NCBI GenBank assembly: GCA_973895155.1
Contig: OZ316892.1
Coordinates: 20,347,869-20,411,868, forward strand
DNA length: 64,000 nucleotides
Reading direction: 5' to 3'
Origin: Marsupella aquatica
Lineage: Eukaryota; Plantae; Marchantiophyta
Numbering within the stretch: the first letter of the stretch is position 1; each line of letters begins with the position of its first letter. This document shows, in pieces, positions 1 through 11,007 of this stretch. The notes under the pieces are model-generated. The model was not told the DNA's origin and ran no database searches. It was given only the letters and a program-made list of their open reading frames with translations. The position numbers and the translations under genes are program-made.

Positions 1-111
1 TGTATTCCTTCAATGTATTGGGCTCGACATTACATTGCTGAGTTTTGAAATCATGTAAAAGTCCACATTGTCGTTGTTATTTTGCTCAAAGTACTGTGTG
101 CGCATTCGCAG

Positions 112-1119
112 GTCTAGTGTACATCACGGAGATCGACAAGTCGGGCAACTATTGCGATCCAACGTCTGTACAGTACCCGTGCGCCAAAAACCGAACTTAC
201 TACGGACGAGGCCCAGTGCAACTCAGCTGGTACGTCTAGAATTTGATGTTGACATAACAGACACCATTACAATTAACTTCGTAGCCTATCTCACGACCGA
301 GCTATGACAACAGATTGAGGCTGTTCTAGCACACGTAGCAGAGGGAGGCGATATGTAAATCGAGACGGAAATATCTGGATTGGATTCAATTCAGGTCAGG
401 GTTTTCAAACTAAAGTTACGGGTAGGATGAAAACAAAGTACTTCAATTCCAGGGAGTCCCTCAATGGACAGGTCTTCAAAACCACACAATCAATTCAAGC
501 ATTTGGTCCACCTTAATTAGCGATCAGATTTGTTGCAGACATAGATTCAGTCATGGGCTTCAGTTTTAGAAAGCAAGGTAGAACTGTACACAATTTCTCG
601 AGTCCTTGAAAGTATTTCCAAATGAGACGAAGGCCAGAGGTGATTCATAGTCGTTGGTGGGTGATTGGGTTAGTTGCCTACATGTGTACATTTCTGGAAT
701 CATGTAAAACTGTTCGTGACTGATTCCTTAGCTTTGATTGCTTTCGTCTGTGCAGGAATTACAACTATGGAGCTGCGAGTCCTGCGGTGGGGGCTGACAT
801 TCTAGCGAGGCCCGATCTCGTGGCCATGGATCCCGTGTTGGCTTTCAAAACGGCGTTGTGGTTCTGGACAACTCCAAGCGGCAGCATTCCATCAATCCAC
901 GACGTCATAACGGGGAAATACGTCCCCACTGCGCAAGACAAGATGCTCGGCCGTCTCCCCGGGTTTGGTCTGACGATCGACATCATCAATGGCAGACTCG
1001 AGTGCGGCAAACCCACTCCTCAAGCTGCGAACCGTGTCAAGTACTTTCTCCAGTTTTGCAAGATCTTGGGCGTCGACCCTGGGCCCAATCTCTCGTGTGA
1101 TACGATGGCCCCGTTTTAG
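112..1119 (+). CDS. Glycoside hydrolase family 19 chitinase (class I/II type), last two coding exons; the 5' part lies outside the window
   Basis: Exons 112-229 (cag|GT CTA GTG TAC; donor TG|gtacgt) and 756-1119 (tgcag|G AAT TAC AAC TAT; stop TAG). The spliced product contains YYGRGPVQLSW-NYNYG, AFKTALWFW, PSIHDVITG, GFGLTIDIINGRLECG and GVDPGPNLSC, all GH19 hallmarks. Confidence 0.95.
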
Positions 1120-1299
1120 TATTCTCGCTCGATTGGAGTCACTCTCCATCCACATTTGCTGATGAGCTCGCCCAAACATACGATCACTGCAGATTCGATC
1201 ATGATGCTCATTTAGTAAGGTATTGTATTGGATTCATTGTCTGGAGGCATGAGTGCTGTTAGTAGTTCCAATCATTCACCTCAACCGATTGTAGTGTCC

Positions 1300-2680
1300 A
1301 TTGATGGCGGAATTACATTGATTGACCGAGAACTGGATAATAGAAATCTGTGAATTTGTATCATGCGATGTGCGGAGGAGTTCGTCATCTGTGTAATGAA
1401 GTGTGGAGAGCATGAGTACAGTAGCTTCCTATCATTCACATCAACAGATTGCAACTGGACAAAAGTCTGAGAACTTTGGTTGGCAATGCCATTGAGGGCT
1501 GATTGGAAAGATGGAAGGGCCCAGGTGATCACTATGGCTTTCGGAGGATCTACCATCTAAAAACGTTTTTGGGGGAGAAGTACATGTTTCAGTGGAGTTT
1601 CGTAAGTGTGGGAATCTTGTAAGTTACAATGTTTGAAATGTTTTTCTCTTTTCCTTGAAAAGCTTTTACTTCAAAGAGACAAAAGGCAAGAAGGCAAAAT
1701 GGCAAGTGACAATTCAAAGTCCAAAGTGGGGCCATCTTGTGAAATAAAGTTGATGACCGATCTCATTATTGAATGAACCTAAGAGAAGTCAATTTTGGGG
1801 TGATCTGTATCCCAAGGTAGAGTGGTTCAGAATATTACATTACAACAGTGTTGATCACCCCATGAGCTGGGACGTTAGAAAACAGCTCCTAAGCTGAGAC
1901 TACTGTGGGAACTCATGCCTCAAGCTGTGTATTGATTTCTAAGAGTCGAACAGGGTACCTTGTTTACTAGAGACCCAGGAAATGAACTTTGTTTTGCAAT
2001 AAAAGGTGGCACTCTTATTTCCACTCAAGTGGCATGCAGTAGCCCACAATAGTATTGAGGATTCGATGTGAGTGCATATTTTACTCTTTTTCCTTGTATG
2101 CACGTGCACAATGATGCCATCTTCTCAACATATTGGTACATGAGAGAATGCTATATATTTTCAAGTATTCTCGACGGTACTCCCCAAGTTCAGGTGTAAG
2201 TTTTGCACGTTAAGTTTTTCAAGACGTGTCCACAATATCACGGAAAATTGCATACATCGAATTTCATCAGCAGCTAAATTTTTCCAATATGCTTGTGCAT
2301 TTTTCACATCATGGTACATTTTGTGAGAGCAAATGTTTTTGCCCTCTTCCTTGCAAGAGCTCTCTTTGCTTAGCAACTATAAGACTATCGAAAGTGTCTC
2401 AGCTAAAGTTGAAACACCTCAGATGTCTTGTACTTGTGTTCCTCTGTGCCAGTTCAAGAATGCTTGGGAATTTCTCAAGGAAATAAATTGCTGTTTCCAA
2501 GCAAGTCATCCAGTTTTCTAGAGACTATACCGCTGAATTGTGAGTAGGCGTTGATGATTAGCCAAACAGCAGAATGCTTGAAGATTTCAAGCCTGTCTAA
2601 AATCCTCGGTGGCAATGTGTGACAACCTCTGAAAGATCTAGACGGCCAAAGAGACTAGTGATTTGAAGCTGAGTTGACAC
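1300..2680 (+). pseudogene. Possible heavily decayed NB-ARC/LRR (NLR-like) relic
   Basis: LRR-like fragments in different frames (FLPSSLQELSLL, LKLKHLRCL at about 2333-2440) and a weak CFSLF/DRS-like stretch upstream, with many stops and frameshifts. Motif resemblance only. Confidence 0.25.
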
Positions 2681-2745
2681 TACACTAACTAGATGTATCA
2701 GTCAGCCGGGCTTGCAGCCAGGTGCAGATTGGAAGATCCACCCCT

Positions 2746-3095
2746 TGTTAGGATTTACTCTTAGGTCTAGAGTTACGACTGTACCATAGTTAAAGCTAAC
2801 CTTAGTCGCGGACTTGGTTAGGTTAGTCATGTTGTGCACACTCTATAACCAAGCGGTGTTTGTTTGGAGAGTGGGAACTCAGACTCATTGTTATGGAGCT
2901 AGTTGAGAGATAGAGAGAGCCTGCGTTGTGGCTTGGATGCTTGGTATGGCCGGTCGGCCTAGAGTGCAATAAAGCTCATGTGTGTTCCCGTGAACGTAGC
3001 CTCATGTGGCGGTGAACCACGTATCTCTCTGTGTCGACTCTTGTGCGTTGGATGGTTCATGGGCTTGCCGTTGCGATTGTCGTCTATGCTCAACA
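2746..3095 (+). mobile_element. Solo LTR of a Copia-like family, with a 5-bp target-site duplication
   Basis: Starts TGTTAG and ends CTCAACA, flanked by identical CCCCT (2741-2745 and 3096-3100). Contains AATAAA and CCCGTGAACGTAG...GAACCACGTA. Homologous to the LTR at 63536-63879 (-). Confidence 0.9.
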
Positions 3096-3560
3096 CCCCT
3101 GCGCAAACATATATAAAATTGTGCAACCATGGAGTAAGTTGTAACTTTTAGGTGGACCCATCTTTCTGCTATTCAAACTGTGTTCCTATGACAACAGTCG
3201 CGTCATAGTGCTTCAGTAGAAGTTCATTACATGGATTGCCTATCCATTGCTGTAATGCAAATATGTTCATGTTCAGGAATTAACGGACTCGTTGTTCATT
3301 TTTGTGTCCAACAAAGGACTGTTTATTTGTCCTGTAAATACTCATCTAGATCTCTTGCATCACCCACAATGTTGTCATCATTAGTAAAGCATACATCATC
3401 GTCCAAAAGTATCTCGTCTAGGCGGGCGTCTAGGTTGGTAAAGCTCTCTATAGTTCTATCGGTGAATGGGAACTGGACTGAGTTGGCGCTGCAGGTCAAT
3501 TTTGGTGTTCTCTACTTGCTCCAAGGTGTTGCAACGTTGCGTCGCACCTTTGACCACATC

Positions 3561-3893
3561 TATTGAAATATCCACCCCATAGCAAGAGCCTCTCCCTTAG
3601 ATTTTGCTGTTGAAATATCCACCCCACAATAACAACAGTCTCCCTTAGATTTTGCTGCCAATCTTTTTGCACCCAATCTAGTTGTTCTCTAGGACTAAAT
3701 TAGTCATCATTTAATTAGCTTGTCTTCCATATTAGTGGCACTCACTTCCTTTGCTTTTAATGTGTTCCCTATTGAGTCATGTCACAGGCTTTCCCATTGT
3801 CATATCTGGTGTAGTGAAACCGCACGTATGTACTTAAAGTCCCTTTGTTGAAGCAATTAACAAGGGATTCTAATGATACCCAATTTTTCTACA
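3561..3893 (+). repeat. 5' LTR of the Copia element, with its first ~47 bp tandemly duplicated
   Basis: T(A/G)TTGAAATATCCACCCC occurs at 3561 and again at 3608. The LTR ends TTTTCTACA directly before the PBS and aligns with 9280-9577. Confidence 0.9.
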
Positions 3894-6800
3894 TGGTATC
3901 AGAGCTTAGCTCTGGGGATCCCTCCCCTCCTAGACTTCCGCTATTCAGACCTCTACTATTGCAATGTCAACCAAGGAACTTGAATTAGCAAAGGTTACCT
4001 GCACTGAGGATGAGAAGCTCTCTGGAGGATCAACCTATCCCATATGGGCCTTTGAGGTTGAACAAGTGCTCTGCCAACTAGAAGAAGCTATGGGATATTG
4101 TGGAGACCACACTAGCTGGCGGGGCAACTTCGGCATCCACAAATGTGACAACAGGTGCAGAGCAGCAACACTCTGCTACATCATCAGGAGCTTTGACCTC
4201 GACAGGATTGACACTAGCATCTGCAGGGAGAAATGCAGTTCCTCCTGATATTCAAGAGAAGTATGATAGGCATAATTATTATCATTACATGCTACTTCTT
4301 CTGCTTCCATGATACCGCTCATTAAGAAGCTTCACGATGAACCTCCATCTGTGTTATGGGCAGCCCCCAAGAAGAGATTTCAGGCAACTACTCTCCAGAG
4401 AAAAATAGGACTGAAAATAGATCTTTGGCTTCTTAAATATACTGACTTGTGGCTTCTTAAATATACTTAAGGTGACTCAGAAAGATAGACAAAGTGATTA
4501 TGGATCTTGGTAGCATAGGCAAAGTGACATCAGATCTAGAGCTTATTCAGATTGTGTATAGGAATATGCCTGAATCTTGGTCTCAGTTTTTATCATCCTA
4601 TGCACTGCTGACTGAAGACGATTCAGAAAGGACCTTCACCAAGTTTGAAGAAAAACTCCAAGCTGATCGAGTACAAGAGGAGATAGCACCAACTCAGGAT
4701 TCATGAGCAGTCTCTCATTGTTGTTGCGCCCTTCAGTCCCAACGAGCAGCTCAAAGGAGCATGAGATGATCAACCCAGAGGAGGGCGCATCAGAGGATGT
4801 GGTCACTTTGGGCCTGGCCGATTCAACTACCAAGCAAGAGGAGCTGACCGCCGCGACGTACACCTACAGCTACTACAACAGATGAGGTCACACATAATCT
4901 CAATGCTACATCAAGAATGCCCAATCAGAAATCAAGTCCATGAATCTCAATCAGCTCAGAGATCTTTAGCCAAGGATTAGGGATATTAAAGGTCCTAATC
5001 CGAAGACCTACCTAGCTGAAGGAGAAGATCATGACCACTCTGAGCATAGTGAATCGAGTTCTCCTGCATTCACAGTTGAAGCACTAATGTATGCTTTTGA
5101 TACTCAATCCTCCAGCAAGGATACCTGGGTTCTGAACTCCGGTGCATCATCTCACATTAGCAACAATAGAGAAAACTTTTCTCCTGAAGATTAGTAATCA
5201 ATCATCTGTTACAAATGTGTGACTGCAGCCAACAACACAAAAATGCTAGCTACCGGCACAGGTTGTATCAATCTTTCCAGCAATAAAACTATCTTTGACA
5301 TTTTGTATGTGTCGAGTGTCACTCGTAACCTGCTTTCAATAGGAAAATTAGCTGATCAAGGTCACACAGTGCTAAATTTAATTCCAAACACTATTACGTA
5401 TTTGACAGCAAGAGTCCTCACAGACTCCATTTCTTAGGCACTCGCAATCCAGAGAATACAATAGGCTATATCAAATTCTTTGGAATGTAGCTTCTTGCTG
5501 GTAGTTAGCATTGCACAAACAAATACTACTAATCTCATTTAGGGCTCATTTTGACTTGTCACTTAGTTGAAATAGTCAAACTTTCCCGTCATCAACTATG
5601 GTGAAGGCGCCTAGGCCACTCTAGTCATCAATGACTTAACTCTATGACCAGAAATCATCTGATCACAGGTGTGCATCGGTTCTTCCAATTAGCAACAAAA
5701 TATGCGAGACTTGTGTCCAAGCCAAGCAGACCAGGAACAAGATTCCAAAGGCTACTCTTACTTGAACTACCAGGCCTCTCCAACTAGTTCATGCCTACTT
5801 ATGCACCCCACTTCCAACACCGTCACTCACAAGCTCACAATACATCATGACTCTCACTGATGATTTTTCCAGGTATACTTGGACATACTTTCTCAAGCAT
5901 AAAAGTGAGGCATTCAAACACTTCAAGTCATTCAAACATATGTACTCGCATATGTAGAGTAAACAATTCTCTATCTACTTCTATCTCATGCTTGCGGAGT
6001 GACAAGAGGAGGAGAGGTCCTCTTAGATGAGTTCCTTAACTTCTGCAAATCTCAAGGCATTGACAGGCAACATACTACTGCTCGAACTCCTCACCAGAAT
6101 GGAGTCGTTGAGCGAAAAAATCATACCTTGATTGAGATGGTACCCAGTCTTACATTCAATTAGTGCAGACTTCTTGAATGTTGTCTTTTGGGAAGAAATG
6201 GTTAAAATTGGAAACCATATTAACAATAAGTGCACCACCCGGGCTCTAAACTTGTGCACCCCATCTTCAGTCTCACAGGCGTCAAGCCTGATGTGAGTCA
6301 TTTGTATCATTGGCAGTCAGGCATATGCCCACGTACCTAGAACAAAGGCACAAACTCCAATCTAAAACTATTCAAAGAGTTTTGATTGGATATGATGATC
6401 AAAGCAAGGCTTATCGTTGCTTTGATCCTACGTCTAATTGCATCCTAATAACTTGGGATGTTGTTATAGATGAGTCAATGAATCATTGGTGACTTTTCTG
6501 CAAATCATGTCACTCCTTCTATGACCATCTTAGATATGTTCCCTCAAGATGACCTTGCTGCAAATCAACCCGAGGACTTATTAGGACAGTTGCCACCATC
6601 ATCTGATCCACAAACAACTTCCTTCTGATACTTACAAGGACCTTAAGGAGTTGTTACCAACACATTTGACACATACTCTATCCGATACTGTTGTTGAGGA
6701 GCTGCCTCGACAAACTGGATTTTGTCCACCTCAACCACGAATCATTTGGACCAACACATTCATTGGAGCCAACTCGCTCATCAACTCAATTACATTCTCA

Positions 6801-9279
6801 CCCCTACAAGCGCGTTGATTTCTACAGTCATCTTGTCTCCGACACAATATTCTTAGCAAGCACAAGCAATGATATTTGCGTGGATGAAGCCCTTACTGAC
6901 CCGTATTGGTACTCTGCAATAGCTTCTAAGATGGACTCCCATGATCAGAATTAAACTTGGGATCTAGTTCCACTACCACCCGGGGAAAAAGCTCTCTCTA
7001 CCAAGTGGCCGGGTGTTGAGGGAAAAGGTGGACCACATTGGCAGCACAAAATTCAAAGCTTGAGTTGCTGCTAGGGGGAATGAGCAATATGAAGGACTTG
7101 ACTACAATGAGACTTTCGCCCCTCATTGTTCAATGGTCCACAGTTAAGGATCATGGTAGCCATTGTTGTTGCACTCGGTTTGCAAATTTTGTATATGGAC
7201 ATCGTCACTACCTTTCTCAACGGCAAGCTCAAAGAGCTAATATTCATGCTGCAACCCCCAAGGTTCCTATCCCTTGGACAAGAGCATCTTGCCTAGTACA
7301 ATATTCATGCTGCAACCCCCTAGGTTCCTATCCCCTGGACAAGAGCATCTTGTCTGCAGACTTTGATGATCTATCTATGGTCTCAAGCAATTAAAGCTCC
7401 CATAACTGGTATGACAAAATCAACAGCTTCCTTCAATCTATTGGCTGCCAACAAAGTCAACTAGATCCTAATCTCTACTTTATACAACAAGCTAGGCACA
7501 GATCTGGATGGTATTCATTCTTTTGTTCGTCGATGACTTACTTATTACTGGCAACAGCTCTTCTCTCATTGACTCTATCAAAAACCAGCTTCAGGCCAAG
7601 TACGAGATGAAGGACTTGGGGCCCATTTGTTGATATCTTGGCGTTGATTTCCTAATCCGGTTCTTAACCTCTTCTACCTGCATATTACTACACCAAGCAC
7701 CTTATTCTCAAACAATTGTCTCAGACTATGGAATGCGAGGGTCTCGACTTGTTCATACTCCCCTTCTTGAGGGACTCACTCTCTTAGCAGAGATTGGAAC
7801 CAAAAACGTGGACTCCACCTCTTATTCCAAGTTAATGGGATTTTTTTTTATTTGTAAGTCTTGTCAGTTGCTTCATGGCTCACCCACAACAGCTTCATCT
7901 TGAATCAACAATGCATATTGTTAGAAACCACAATTGACCTTGGCATCTTCTTTCCACACAATACATCTTTGCTTTGCTTCGGCTTCACTGACTCCGACAG
8001 GGGAAATGCCTGTCCAGATACTCGACTTTCCACTAGTGGTTACCTGTATACTCTGTATTTCTGGCGCACCTATTTTGTGGAGCTCTAAATGGCAACCCAC
8101 TGTTTTGTGCTCCTCCATAGAAGCTGAATACAAGGCTCTGTTTGACCGCACTCAAACGACTAATGGAAGAACTTTGCACCAGTTCTCTTCCAACAGCAAA
8201 AATTCATTGTTCCAATTTTGAGATCCAATCCGACATCACAGCAAACGAGGCTCCTACTCTTCAGGACTTACATATTCATTGCAATAACATTAGTGCACTC
8301 AAGCTTGCCAAGAATCCTGTGTTTCATGCAAGAACAAAGCATCTTGAAATCCACCATCATTTTGTTAGAGAGAGAGAGAGTAATAGGAAGAGTGTCAATA
8401 CATCACGTCTCATTAGAAGACCAATTAGCCAACATCTTCACCAAGGTACTACTGAGAACAAAAGTCAAGTATCACAGACACTCAATAGGACTAAATTCAA
8501 TTTCCCAAATAGAGCACATTGAAACAACTTACTCATTTATCCATAATCCCGTCCATAATTATTTTACATCATCGGAGGCTAACTTTGAACCTCAAAAACC
8601 CAGTAGACTAGATTACTCAAGATGACCTCTAGCTGTCTCCTGGGCTAGGTACATTGTTGCTTCTCTCCTAGTTTAAAGGACTTATGTCTATTCCCTCTAA
8701 AACCTGCTACAATCTAGAGGCTCAACCTCCTCCCATGATGTAAAGATCCCCATCCATCAACCTCGTGCTATAGCATAGTACTTACAAGGAGGATGATTGA
8801 AGGCAAACTGCAGCACCAAAGGATACCAGATCTACTCACGATAGAAGGCCTTGGACGCCCAATCTTTGGTTCAGCTCTCGGTTCTGCTACTGGCACCATC
8901 CCAGTAGAAATTTCTCCTGACACAAAATGTCTTCTCTCTTTTGGGAAACCATTGAAGGGTCTTGCGAGGGACCAGCCTCCTCTCTTCTCAAAGAGCCATC
9001 CAGTCATGTCCACTGCTCTTCTCTCATCTAGTGGGACTTTGCCTTGACTCAGCAAATCATGCAAATATTGCATCACTGCTGTCATGAATCCCATCAAGGG
9101 CAGAGAGAGATGGATCACCAAGTCACGCAAAATTCCAACTTGATGAGCCATCAACATACACCGCACTCAAAATATGCAAGGTTTAGTTTGATCAGGATTG
9201 GGAATTCAGTGCACTTGCATAGACTGTTGTATAAGAACGTTTGCTGATTCTATGGTCAAAATCCAAGGTCGAGAGGAGA

Positions 9280-9577
9280 TGTTGAAATATCCATCCCACA
9301 ACAACAACCTGTGAAGCGTTTGTCTTTTCTCCCTTAGATTTTGCTGCCAATTTAGCTATTCTCTAGGACTAAATTAGCCATCATTTAATTAGCTTGTCTT
9401 TCATATTAGTGGCTGGCACTCATGTTCTTTGTGTTTACTTTTTGTGTGTTCCATATTGAGTCACGTCACAGGCTTCCCCGTTGTCGTGTCCGGTCTAGTG
9501 TCACCTCACCTATGTATTTAACATCCTTTTGTTGAAGCAAATAACAAGGGATTATAATCATACCCAATTTTTCTAAA
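9280..9577 (+). repeat. 3' LTR of the Copia element
   Basis: TGTTGAAATATCCATCCC follows the PPT. Shares blocks with the 5' LTR (ctcccttagattttgctgccaat, ctctaggactaaattag, ttgttgaagcaa..aacaagggatt, tacccaatttttcta). Confidence 0.9.
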
Positions 9578-9958
9578 ACAACTTCATCCTCTTTTCATTG
9601 TTGTTCCAAAAACCGACAATTCCCTGTCCAACAAAAATGATTCAGACCCTATCTTCTGAACATTGACTTCAGTAGGGCGTCTCAAACCTTTATGTATAGC
9701 CTCTGGTTGCAGGCAAGGTTCCAGTCGTGGGCACTGATGTTTTCCCAGAACTAAAGTGGAGGACACACAAAAAGCTTGTCCACACACTTATGACCACAAA
9801 CCAATACTAGTACTTTTGGGCTAGGGACATTTTTTGTGAACGTAAAGATCTGAGACACCCTAGAATTGCCATCCTCAGTCCCAAACAAGATGAATCAAAC
9901 CAGCCTTGGGGCCATCTTGCATTTAGGTAGCCCAAAAGATTAGCATGTAGTCAGACTA

Positions 9959-11007
9959 TCTATAATAGTAGGGGCGGATGACTGCCAAAGGCCAAATTTA
10001 GCTCATGACATGGGAAATTTAGGCAAAATCTAGCCCACCATTTGGAAGCCCAGAAATTAGCAAAGACTCATCTTAGGTTCAATCATGAGTGGTTTAATTT
10101 CCCCTTCTTTGACCTATATCCTCTCCACCCGCCTCTCCAAAGTGAAACGCTTGCAGACTCCCTATTCAAAATCTCAAGCATATGATGTTCTGATATTTGG
10201 TAGAATCTTTAATGTACGAATAATTACGGGCTAGGATAGAGGTACTCATGTTGGAGAGGCAGCCCTAAAACTATATGCCTTTAGACTTCGTGGGAAAGGC
10301 AGATCTCAATTTTCCATGGTATATGCTGCTCTCCTACTGGTGAACTGAGCATTCAAGCATTTGTGCCCCTCCTTTGTCGTTTCTGATCGAGCAGCAGATT
10401 TTACAGGGGAAACATAGAGGACTTGGGCCGTAGCAGGTTACAACAAGTGAAGGGTGCCAGAAAACCCAAAGACGATGACACAAATTTGATCCAGTCTGAG
10501 CAAGTTCACGACAAAATGGTAGAGTCTTGGTTATGCTCTTGCAAACTCCTGTTGGAGTAGGCAACACCATTGGGGACTGGGATGGGAAGTGTAAGGTTCC
10601 ACAAAAAATTGGGGAGCATTAACTCAACGTAGATTTAATGTGCGGTCGATCTTTACCCTTGGTTTTCCACATATGCCGTCAGGCCTGCTTGAGGAGGGGC
10701 TGTAGGCCTAAAAATCTCATTATATCAAAAGATATCATCTGTTAACTTGAGGGCTACAAAAGAAAGGGATGCTTACATGCAAGTACATGGGCATACAATA
10801 CCGCCCTAACTTATGGCATACTCATGTCTTGCCATTCAATTGTCATCCCCCAAAAAGTGAATCAAAGCAAATCAGCCATACTAAGGGCACTAGTCCATGT
10901 AAGCTAGGCTGTCGCCCACCCCCCCCCCCCCCCAACTCCCCAAGACTGTCACCTCCCAAGAAACAAGGATCTGGGGATCCCGTTGGGGATGGGATGCTTG
11001 AGCAAGT
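9959..11007 (+). mobile_element. Possible non-autonomous Helitron-like element
   Basis: 5' A|TCTATAATAGTA and a 3' hairpin ATCCCGT-TGGGG-ATGGGAT followed by a degenerate CTAG-like end (CAAG|T). No coding evidence. Confidence 0.25.

Larger units (their letters stand above)
3561..9577 (+). mobile_element. Full-length degenerate Ty1/Copia LTR retrotransposon
   Basis: 5' LTR 3561-3893, PBS TGGTATCAGAGC (tRNA-iMet) 3894-3905, PPT GAGAGGAGA 9271-9279, 3' LTR 9280-9577, near-identical TSD ACATC/ACAAC. Frameshifted gag-pol in Copia order: protease WVLNSGASSHI (~5126), integrase DDFSRYTWTYFLKHKSEAF and PHQNGVVERKN, GYDDQSKAYRCFDP, RT FVDDLLITG (~7525), RNase H GFTDSD...STSGY and KNPVFHARTKHLEIHHHFVRE. 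Confidence 0.95.
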
